Shown here one piece after another: positions 54,261 through 64,000 of a DNA stretch of 64,000 nt (the stretch's first letter is position 1; each line of letters begins with the position of its first letter). The notes beneath the pieces are model-generated. The model saw only the letters and a program-made list of their open reading frames with translations, did not search any database and had not been told where the DNA came from. This DNA comes from Octopus sinensis. Lineage: Eukaryota. The translations under genes and the position numbers were made by a program. The stretch covers positions 171,306,001 to 171,370,000 of the forward strand of contig NC_042999.1 in NCBI RefSeq assembly GCF_006345805.1. Direction: 5' to 3'.

Positions 54261-56455
54261 ACTTAACTATCTCTTGCATTTTTAAATTGGGAAACTTACA
54301 TCATTGAAAAATATAAAGCAAAACTTAACCATTTCTAACATTTTATTCTATCAAAACAAAATCATGTTAGATTAATAAAACCTAACCATTCCCAACATTT
54401 TTTATTATCTCCCTTATACCGAAAAATCCCTGATTACCTCCCTTTGTTTGAAACACTCCTACATCACACCAAAGCGATTTTGACGGTGAGTTTATGTTAA
54501 GCCAAGACTAATTTGTTCTTCCCTGTTTCATGATGCACGCGTGGTTGAAGCATAATATCTATTTTCAAAGTGATTTCGGAATGTATTTACTTAAAGCTCA
54601 CTCACAAAGAAATCACACATGTAAAATCAAATTTGTTTTGTCGGGTTCTCTGTCCCATAATAAAGTGCAGAACTGCATTACTATGTAAAAATCTGCAGCT
54701 ACTGTATGATCTCGCCTATATTATCACTCGACATGTTCTTTCAAATACATGACCGGTTCTATTCTGGAGTGATTTAAGTGAAACTAAAGCGACAAAATTC
54801 TTTATCGTCTCGTTCTCTTCACTTTCCTTGTCGATGCCACGATCTCCGTTTCTTATTATAATAATATAATTTTAGTCAAGGAATTTATATTTACAGAATT
54901 CCTAAATTGAAAATTAAAGAAAATCTACTAAAATAAAGAAGAAGATACTAACTCCTATATACAAACGCAGACGCACACATACACATAAATATATATTTAC
55001 ACAAACTCGCACATCTAAGGAAATTAAAATGAAATACATTAACGCCAGTGTCAGAAGAGCTTCCGTGTCAAATATAAAGAAAAATTAACAGTAACATAAA
55101 TATAATAATTGAGTGAATACTACTAATAAAAAAAAAACATTCAAAAGAGAAGCCAAAATCATTACAAAGGTTGAAATAAAAGAACAGAAGAAATAAAATA
55201 TAAAGGAAAAAGAGATCAAATAAGATATTACAATGTGTTCCATTAAAATTGCCTCAGGATATAAGCGAACACAATGTACAAAACATCAGCTTTCTTTCTC
55301 ATAGCTACTGTTACACGATAGTATATTTCAATCATAATTTCGACGACGATCATTTATCATTCTTCCATACATATACTGATAATTATTTATCATACACTGA
55401 TATAGGCTTACTGGCGTCTACCTCGTGGTTATTCATGTCAAAGCATTTCAGTTGTCGTATCCCCCGGTCTTCTTCCGGTGACTTTTGGTAAGCTGGTAAC
55501 TTTCAGATACAATCATATATACAATTTTCTTTATTCCACGGAGGAAGATTGTTTATATTTCGTTTTGTATGCATAGACAAAGTTATCATTCTGTTTCTCG
55601 CTTCTGCCCAATTTCAGAAGAACAAATATCTAAAGCTGGTTAAATATTTTCACTTCGATATTTTCTAAATGTTATGAAATACGAAACGTAAGTAAACATG
55701 ACATGAGGTTAAACTGATTACTGAGATTATCTCAAAATAAGTTTGTAAGTGTAAATATTTCTTGTAGATTCTTACCTGATGGAAGTGAAATTAAGCGAGA
55801 CGAATTTACTCCTTGAATTATTAACCAGCAACCAGCATAAGACTTCGAGATAATTTGTAGGAATGTCATGTATCTTCTCATGCACAAAAAATGTAAAATG
55901 TCAAGTTTTTAATGAGTATAAATCTCTAATTGCAAGAGTATCTTCTCTAGATTATTGACTCAAGCGGCATCTTCATTATAGCTGCACCTTCTCAAAAAAA
56001 CTCATTCCTCTGACCGATAACAAAGAAAAAGAGGAAGCCACTTACAAGAAGATTTGATTTTACGAAGGTATAGAACAAATACATATAAGTTAGTTAGTTA
56101 GTTAGTTAATTTGGCTCAAAAGCAAATAGCAAGGCCATGTAGGGGGACATGGAGTTAAGTACAGGGTGGTGTTCATGTAAAGAGTTCAGGCCACTTGAGG
56201 TCCAGGGAGGCTTTGAACAAAGCGGTCGTCGGCATCTTCACCATCTCGTCTGGCAGCTTGTTCCACGGATCCGCAACCCGGACGGAGAAAGCTCCTCTCC
56301 TTCGATTGAGATGAAATCGTCGCAGGTAGAGCTTTTCGGAATGATCCCGCAGCCGACGCTCCGGAGCAGGAGTGAAGAACAGCTATTTCGAGAGGTTACA
56401 CTTCCCGCTTATGATGTTGTGGGCGAGAATGAGATCACCACGGCGGCGGCGTTTT

Positions 56456-58057
56456 TCAAGAATAAAGGTCGAGCGTCCTCAGCCTTTCTTCGTAGGACAA
56501 ATTTTTGAGACCATGAACCATGCGGGTAGCCAGCTTCTGGACTCTTTCGAGATGCTGTATGTCTTTGAGGACATAAGGAGAAGAGGCTTGAATCCCATAC
56601 TCCAATATGGGTCTCACCAGCGTGACATAGAGTGGCAGGAATATGGCTGCTGTGAGCATTCCGAATGACCGTCGAATCAAAAACAGAATTCCGCGCGCTT
56701 TGTTGGCAGCATGGACGCACTGGGCCGAAGGCGAAAAGGAGGAATCCACCAAGATACCCAGGTCCTTTACCTGATCGGTCCTCTCCAGCAGCAGACGTCC
56801 CGGCTCGAAATCAAGTTGAGTTGCAGGAGTAGAGCCGACAGGCAGATGGCAGCACTTTGACACGTTCAGACACAGGTCCCAATCGTTAGACCACTTCCAA
56901 ATTTGGTGGAGGCATCGACGAAGATCCTCTATACTACCGCGAGGAGCGACCAGTTTGATATCGTCGGCAAATAGAAGGGTGTGTTGCGTGAGGTCGTCGG
57001 GCAAGTCATTTATGAAGACTAAGAACAACAAGGGCCCAAGCACTGAACCTTGAGGCACGCCACTGCTCGCACTGGAGACGTCGGACCGCGAACCATTAAC
57101 TTGAACTTGGAAGGAGCGATCTGAGAGGAAGGCACCAACCCATCGTACAATATCCGGATGGAAACTATATGCTTGAAGCTTGACAAGTAGTAGGCGGTAG
57201 TTTACCGAGTCAAAAGCTTTGGCAAAGTCCAATAAAACGATGTCAACAGCATCACTATCATCGAGGATGCGCGTCACCAATTCTTCCATTACTAGTAAAT
57301 TGGTTAAGCATGATCTCTTCGGCACGAAGCCGTGTTGGGAATCAGTGATCGAGGCTGTGTTTAGGAGGTGGAGCATCATACTTTTCTTAAGGATGGTTTC
57401 GAACATCTTGCTGATTATTGATGTAAGGGAAACCGGTCGGTAGTTAAGCGGGTCTTCGCGGCTCCCTTTCTTGAAAATTGGGCAGATTATCGCTGTTCTC
57501 CAGTCTGCAGGTATAACACCCGTCGCCAATGACATATTGAATAGTCGTGTTAATGGCTCGCAGATGACCGGAGCCAACGCTTTGATAACCCGTGGGTGTA
57601 TGCCGTCAGGGCCGTGACCCTTGTTGACAACGAGGCTTTGAATAACACGTTTGACTTCGTCCCGCGTGATGATCAATCGAAGCATTGGAGGTACCGATCT
57701 ATCAAATGGAGGGGGTTCACGACCATCATCTTCTTTGAAAATAGTTGGAAAAGCCTCGGCAAATAATTGACTCTGTTGATAAGGGTCCTCAATCGATACG
57801 CCTGTTGAGTCTACCAACGTTGCAATCTGGTTGTTCAAGCGGGAATTCCGCTGGACATGGGCAAAGAAGGTTTTTGGATTGCTACTGGCATTTGCCGCGA
57901 TTTTGTATTCATAACTGAAGCGTTCTTTCTTTTCAATTTTCACGGCTCGGTCTCGTTGAGTTTTGTACACCTCAAAAGCTGCAGTCGAATCCAGATTTTT
58001 GAATTCAGCCCAAGCAATATCTCTGAGTCGACGTTCTCGTTTAACCTTCTTCGTCAC
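56456..58057 (-). CDS. LINE ORF2 reverse transcriptase region (533 aa, frameshifted at both ends)
   Basis: Motifs GPDGI, NYRPVSLTS, QHGF, DFAKAFDSV, GVPQGSVLGPLLFLVFINDL, catalytic FADD, DLGI and RPILEY. Continues as EKRRRRGDLI in another frame after 56456. Confidence 0.9.
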   Translation of the reverse strand: MTKKVKRERRLRDIAWAEFKNLDSTAAFEVYKTQRDRAVKIEKKERFSYEYKIAANASSNPKTFFAHVQRNSRLNNQIATLVDSTGVSIEDPYQQSQLFAEAFPTIFKEDDGREPPPFDRSVPPMLRLIITRDEVKRVIQSLVVNKGHGPDGIHPRVIKALAPVICEPLTRLFNMSLATGVIPADWRTAIICPIFKKGSREDPLNYRPVSLTSIISKMFETILKKSMMLHLLNTASITDSQHGFVPKRSCLTNLLVMEELVTRILDDSDAVDIVLLDFAKAFDSVNYRLLLVKLQAYSFHPDIVRWVGAFLSDRSFQVQVNGSRSDVSSASSGVPQGSVLGPLLFLVFINDLPDDLTQHTLLFADDIKLVAPRGSIEDLRRCLHQIWKWSNDWDLCLNVSKCCHLPVGSTPATQLDFEPGRLLLERTDQVKDLGILVDSSFSPSAQCVHAANKARGILFLIRRSFGMLTAAIFLPLYVTLVRPILEYGIQASSPYVLKDIQHLERVQKLATRMVHGLKNLSYEERLRTLDLYS

Positions 58058-58750
58058 CCAGGGCTTGTGTTTCTTCCTCTTGGAAAGCCAACGGGAACTG
58101 CCTGGTCAGTCAAACAGATTACATATGCTTTGAGGGATGACCATAGTTCGTCAACTGAGGACAACGTCATCAGGGATCGCCAGTCCAGAAGCGCGGAAGC
58201 CTCGGTTAGAATTTCAAGATTAATTGCAGAGAAGACTCTACGTGGCAGCGAAGTAATCGTGGGCGTGGAAAAAGTTGTGTGCATGACGAACTTCAGGACC
58301 GCATGATCACTCTTGGCAAGAGGGGCGCACACAGATACGTCTGACACTGATCTTGGATAGCGGGAGAATACCAGATCTAGCATAGATGGCTGCTGCCCAG
58401 ACCGATGCCTTGTCGGATATTCAACATGTTGCGATAGAAAACAATCTTCAGCCACGTCAAGAAGGGCCTGGCCGAACCGGGAAGATGTTGTACAAATTGA
58501 TGCGGGCCAATCGATCGTGGGAGCGTTGAAGTCGCCTAGTACCAAGCAGTCATGCAAAGCTGAAACGAATCTTATCGCTTCGAGTAGATGAGCATCGTCC
58601 TGGGGGTCGGGTAGAGGCGGCCTGTAGACAGCCAACACGGGCAGGCAAAACTCAGATAGGCTCAGCTTGCAATAGACAGCATCGAATTTTGTTGTAGGTT
58701 GAGCATTTGTGGGTAGAATACCGCAGGACGGTTTGTGATCAGACTTATGT
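58054..58750 (-). CDS. LINE ORF2 apurinic-like endonuclease (APE) region, 5'-truncated
   Basis: Motifs VYRPP, LGDFNAPTIDW, QHVEYPTR, LDLVFS and SDH. Frameshift to the RT ORF near 58055. Confidence 0.88.
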
Positions 58751-59229
58751 GCTAGGTCGGTGAAATTTTAGCCACAAATTTTAAGAACAAATTTAAATGC
58801 AATAACAATATAACGTACAGTCATCTCATTTCCCCAATAATGCGATTAGAAACCGAGCGTCATATTGTGACGTGAAGACAATCTTAAATTTGAAAATCTG
58901 CAAGATTTAGTGATTGGAGCGGACATATCAATATAAACAGAAGATAGTAAATAACGTGGTCAGACAAGAAATTACAGTTGACAAATACGTGGAAAGAAGA
59001 GAGCGCAAGATATAAAATTGAATAATAGTCAACAGGTATGTGTCGGCAGATATATATCTGTATGTGTATACACATACATACATACATCATACATACATAC
59101 ATACATACATACATACATACATACATACATACATGCATACATGCATACATACATACATACATAATAGACATATGTTTGTGGATGTATGTATGTTCTTTTA
59201 ATGTTTTATTCTTTTATGGGTTTCATACC

Positions 59230-60300
59230 TTAGACTGTAGCCATGCTGAGGCACTGCCAGCGAAATCACCTTTTCAATGGCCAGTTTTGTGTGATTGGTT
59301 TTGGTGAAGGAGGGAGTTCGTCACTGCTGTCCTCTTTTGTGTCTCCTACCTTTTATTGGCTCACTTGGGATCGTGGGTCGCAAGACGTCAAGCTGTTTCT
59401 TGAAGACAACTACACCTACTCCATAAAGATCCCTCAGATGTTTTGAAAAGGCGTTAGATAGTTGTGGGCCCTTGAATCCCAAGCTATTGCAGTACATAGT
59501 CTTCATTCAAGATGGGACAGCTGGTACATTTGGAATAGTGCAGTGATATCCAATTACGGGTCTGATATAGCTCTTGACTCCAACGTTTGGTTACAGACCT
59601 CCAGTATCTTCAATACATACCTCTTCAATACAAAATATACTGCATACCTCTTCAACACATACTGCATACTTCTCCAGTTTTCAATCCAGTGAGTAGAGTC
59701 GTAGCTCTTTCAGTCTCTCACAGTAGCTTGGCTGTTGCATTAATGCAATCATCCTTGTGTAACGTCACTAAACCACCTTAACATCCGCGATTAAATGACA
59801 CTGTAGGGAGACCACAGTTGAGAGAAAGAGTCCAGACGTCTGAGGAAAAATGTCCTCCATACGACCAGCATAGTTTCCTCAGAATCCATCCGGTCATTCG
59901 TCTGAACATTGCCACTATATTGGTGATATGCATGAGCATCGAGGCATCGTTGCTCACATCAATCCCAAAATCAGGCACCGTATGTGATTTTAGGATTGGT
60001 CCAAAGTATCGTTGTTGCGACTTCTGAGCACAATTTAGATGGCAGCAGAAGGCTTTGCACGCAATATATTGCATGTTATTTTCCTCAGCTCATTTATATA
60101 CGGCATCTAGGCCTTTGTGTTGAAGATTAGTATCAAAAAGTTCCTTGACTGCTTGTATTGTATTACCTTTGTGTTGTCGGCATAGCGAATAAGTGTAACT
60201 GTGTAAATGATGGCATGTCTGAGTCACCATGGATAGCAGCGGCCCCAACATATTTCCTTGAGGTACTCTATCAATAATTGCCATTTCTTTGTGTAGTGCT
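59230..60300 (-). mobile_element. Old degraded CR1/L2-group LINE RT and 3' fragment
   Basis: Fragments RVPQGNMLGPLL, DFGIDVSNDAS..MTGWILR and SLGFKGPQLSNAFSKHLRDL..FKKQLD. Many disruptions. Confidence 0.75.
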
Positions 60301-60562
60301 GTGGTATGTATGTATGTATGTATGTATGTATGTATGTATGTATGTATGTATGTATTGTACACACAAGTATTGTACACACAACAAAGTAGGCTTTTGCATG
60401 ATCCCAATTACGGTCTGTCAAAATTTGATCTTTGGGTCCCTTCCTAAATTTAATGATGATCTAAATGTAAAAAAAAGTGAAATATTTTATGAATGAAGTC
60501 TTTGTCTTTTCTCTTATTACTTCAGTAATACATTATATATACACACACACACACACACACAT

Positions 60563-60609
<47 letters not shown>

Positions 60610-62561
60610 CATATGTCAAATATATTTTCCCACGTATTCACCCTTTTAAATTTATGATTAGTTCATTTTTCCAACAGTTTTCCACTTATTTTGCTCTAAA
60701 ATATTTCATAAATCAATATTATTAACTTTCGGTCTTTCAGGCATTGAATATTCTGAATTGTCGGTATTTCACTCTTTCGGTATACTAATTTTCTGTTTAT
60801 TTGAAACCAAGCTACAAGTGTTATATTTGATTTCTTTATCCTTATTTTCATATTCAACATATCAACTACAGGCATCTGATCACCAACTACAAAAAATAAT
60901 AATAATAATAATAAATATAAATAAAATCATCTGCCTATACAGGAATGCTTTCACCTATTAAACACTTTAAGTATTATATAGGCACTTTTCTGCCATGTAA
61001 TTTAATAATTGAAGTAAGAATGCCGCAGGCATAAGACTTTGATTATGGTTGTCTCGGTGATGGCGTCATAACACTTCACTCCGTAGGTGAGCTGTGTTTT
61101 TATTTTCAGCTGTATTCTTGAAGAATCCGTAATATCTATTTTAAGTCATTGATATTCGTTACACTTTTATCCAAAATTTATACATTAGTGGTTCAGACGC
61201 AATATATTATAGCTAATTTGATATACCAGACGTGGAGATCTTCAGTTAAAAGTTTACTTTTATCGTTATTCTGTATCAGAGAAGTACGGGCAAAACTGAC
61301 GTTTTAAATACATTTTTCATGTATTGATTGCATTACTACATACGATGACATTAACCGAATTGGTACATGTGCATTCTAAATTATTTCTGCATATAACTTT
61401 TTGGAGCATACCACTCCAATCGTAATATTGAAATTAAAAAGTTTAAAGAAAAACGATTGAGATATGGCGTTGAAAGTAATAACCATCTTGGCAGTAGCAT
61501 GTAAGGTAACATTATGCTATGCATCACTTACTTCAATAGTACTAAACGATTTATCAGAAAATGTATTGTTAAACAAGGTGACTAAGTGGGATCGTGTAAA
61601 CACCGAGAAAGAAGAATTTATTAATTGTTTTAGAGTAGCCAACCTCTTTTACAGTTAGAAATATTTGCTTGAAGAATCGGTGACAATGCTCCAACGAGGT
61701 TCTTCAGTATACGTCAAATAGTAAACAACTTTCTCAAAACTCGAAGAATACATATGAAAAGACAGAATTATAAGTCTGAATTGCCTTTGGTTATTTGTCA
61801 ACACCACAAGATGGACCTGGGTCTAAACAACAACATCAACACGTCGTCTTTGAACGTCAATTTCATTTCCGATTGAATAAACTTTGCAATAGATGATCAC
61901 AGGATTGAAGCTGACAGAATTTTGTAATTGCAGGTTTACTGAGTTTAATATATGGTGGTAAATAAGAGGTGGTGTAAGATCGGTAGAAGGTTAGAATGAA
62001 CAATTTCTACAAACAAATGTTGACAAAAAACACAAACGAAAACAAACTGAAAACAATTAAGTTTAGAGCATTTCCTATTTAGTACAAATATAATGGATTT
62101 GGTGAAATCTAATTGGTGGAAAAAAATCCATTAAAACCGCCATTGATACCATACATTTATTTCCCTTCTTCGGTAAATTCTGGTTTCGTACACTCGAGTT
62201 ATGTAAAATATACATGCAGAATACAAAAAGACTAAGATTTGTTATATAGACATTTGCAGATCGTGTCAACACGGTAATTTTAATACAAAATTGAAATGTG
62301 TTTCAAATATGTGACTGCGTCTTTAAGTTAATTTACCAAACTTAATATCTTCACAAATAAATAATTTCTTCTCGAACTATACACTACATATTATTTGATC
62401 GTTCCTAGACAAGTTCCTTTGGTTTCCTAGAAAGCAGTTACACCTGACAATAAATAGGGTAATAATAAAGTTTGCATTACGTAATTGCATGTAGGGTACT
62501 ATTTTACTCTCGGTTTAAGCACTATTATTTTCCAAGAATATTTTTATAATATTTGAATGGT

Positions 62562-62659
62562 TCATCATCATCATCATCATCATCACCATCACCACCACCA
62601 CCACCACCACCACCACCACCACCACCACCGCCACCGCCTCCGCCGCCACCACCACAAGT

Positions 62660-62697
<38 letters not shown>

Positions 62698-62702
62698 TAT
62701 AA

Positions 62703-62746
<44 letters not shown>

Positions 62747-62810
62747 AATAATGATAATAGTTATTATTATTATTATTATTAAATATTATTATCATTATTA
62801 TTATTATTAC

Positions 62811-62857
<47 letters not shown>

Positions 62858-62870
62858 TATTATTCTCTTA
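62562..62870. repeat. (CAT)n/(CAC)n/(TAT)n trinucleotide array
   Basis: Directly visible. Source of the poly-H/M/V/Y ORFs. Confidence 0.95.
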
Positions 62871-62879
62871 TTATATTGA

Positions 62880-63165
62880 ACCTCACAGCTTATTTTGCTG
62901 GGTATGATGGAAAGTGTCAGCTCTCCGCAGTCAGCAGTCTAAGGCGACACTTATTTACTGGTCATGCCTTAACAACTCTTCGAAGAATTCTTAGAGTTTC
63001 AAGCAATGCTGGTTTTTGTAGGTGTTCTACCTTCACACATGCACCAGTCTTTTCAGCCATGCTTATACTTCGAAGTGCACCAGTTACTATTGGCATCACG
63101 TCTACACTCCTCATTCTCCACTACCTTCGTACTTCCCACTTCAAACCGTTATAGTTGTTAATTTT
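62880..63165 (-). mobile_element. R4/Dong-like 3' end fragment in (TTA)n
   Basis: Minus translation gives LKWEVRR*WRMRSVDVMPIVTGALRS..HLQKPALLETLRILRRVV. Flanked by (TTA)n on both sides. Confidence 0.82.
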
Positions 63166-63210
63166 TCTTTATTATTATTATTATTGTTATTATTGTTATT
63201 ATTATTATTA

Positions 63211-63242
<32 letters not shown>

Positions 63243-63349
63243 TATTATTATTATTAATATCATTATTATTGTTGTTGTTGTTGTTGTTGTTATTAGTATT
63301 GGTAGTAGTAGTAGTAGTAGTGGTGGTGGTGGTAGTAGTAGTAGTAGTA

Positions 63350-63388
<39 letters not shown>

Positions 63389-63544
63389 AAGTAGTAGTCA
63401 TGGTGGCTGCAGCACCAGAATTTTCCTTTGATCTACATATTTGATGCAATTAATTGCTGGCTTACACCCAGCGACCTAGATTGAGTAAAGGTTAAAAGAT
63501 GTTAAAATATAACTGAAAGCTTGGGGAGGGAGCGTTAGGAGGGT

Positions 63545-64000
63545 AGTATAGAAATGCATTCATATAATACAACACAAAAATTTTAATTAATAGGATTTAC
63601 CAAGGTTGTGGCCAATACTTACCAGCACAATGTTTTGGGTTTCTGTGAGATATGGCTTTCCTGGGGTGTTTTTAATTGTTTCTGACATCCCCCTTTTCAT
63701 CATACCTAATCCACCCACAATTATAGAAAAAGTGTTTGGTTTAGGATATCTCCTGTTTTGCATCTTTTGCATTTTTCAGGCCCATGTATTTAGTGATTTG
63801 TCAAATTCCTCTAGAGACATATTTTATCAGTGGAGAGACCTCTAGACACATATTTTATCAGTGGGAACACTTACATCTATCAGTCTATAAGCATTTTCGC
63901 CTTTTCTTTAATAATTATGTCTTGTCGATTAGTATGGTTGGTTCTGCTTGTGTTGACTGGTAAATACCAGAGGATGGTACATTTTTACCTTCGACGACTA
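63545..64000 (-). mobile_element. R4/Dong-like C-terminal fragment (runs off the window)
   Basis: ORF 63587-63772 IIVGGLGMMKRG..PGKPYLTETQNIVL aligns with the C-terminus of ORF 13772-14458 (VIVGALGMIKKG..PGLPSLQEVQKIVL). Confidence 0.82.

Larger units (their letters stand above)
56087..58750 (-). mobile_element. Young 5'-truncated CR1/L2-group LINE with (TAAC)n 3' tail
   Basis: GC-rich block with APE and RT ORFs. (GTTA)n at 56089-56108 is the minus-strand tail. The 5' end is truncated inside the APE domain. Confidence 0.95.

Noticed and set aside
55452-55495. Possible microexon (tttcag|TTGTCG..CTTTTG|gtaagc)
   Set aside because: Splice-like signals of this strength arise by chance in 64 kb. 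There is no partner exon or protein motif.
56149-58306. Plus-strand ORFs 56149-56508, 56372-56668, 57219-57443 and 57857-58306
   Set aside because: Antisense shadows of the GC-rich LINE ORF2.
62515-63449. Poly-His, poly-Met, poly-Val and poly-Thr ORFs
   Set aside because: Trinucleotide microsatellite arrays.

Overview
This is an AT-rich, repeat-saturated animal (eukaryotic) window, probably intronic or intergenic. The SINE families and the density of (TA)n/(CA)n/(TAA)n/(TATG)n/(TAGA)n microsatellites suggest a coleoid cephalopod such as Octopus; that assignment is inferred from recalled repeat families, not from a search. No host protein-coding exon could be supported, and most ORFs in the track are microsatellite artefacts. 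The real coding signal is transposon-derived: a young 5'-truncated CR1/L2-group LINE (APE + RT), RTE fragments, several R4/Dong-like REL-endonuclease LINE fragments sitting in (TAA)n arrays, two Penelope-like GIY-YIG fragments, Tc1 and mariner remnants, a piggyBac-like MITE, and a long-TIR MITE carrying telomere-type repeats. The most notable unannotated signals are RNA-structural. There are about ten minimal type-I hammerhead ribozyme motifs, including a tandem array of three different motifs at 7.3-7.5 kb and a family with a compensatory helix-II change that appears linked to a tRNA-like Pol III head. There are also three near-perfect local inverted duplications (35, 56 and about 150 bp).
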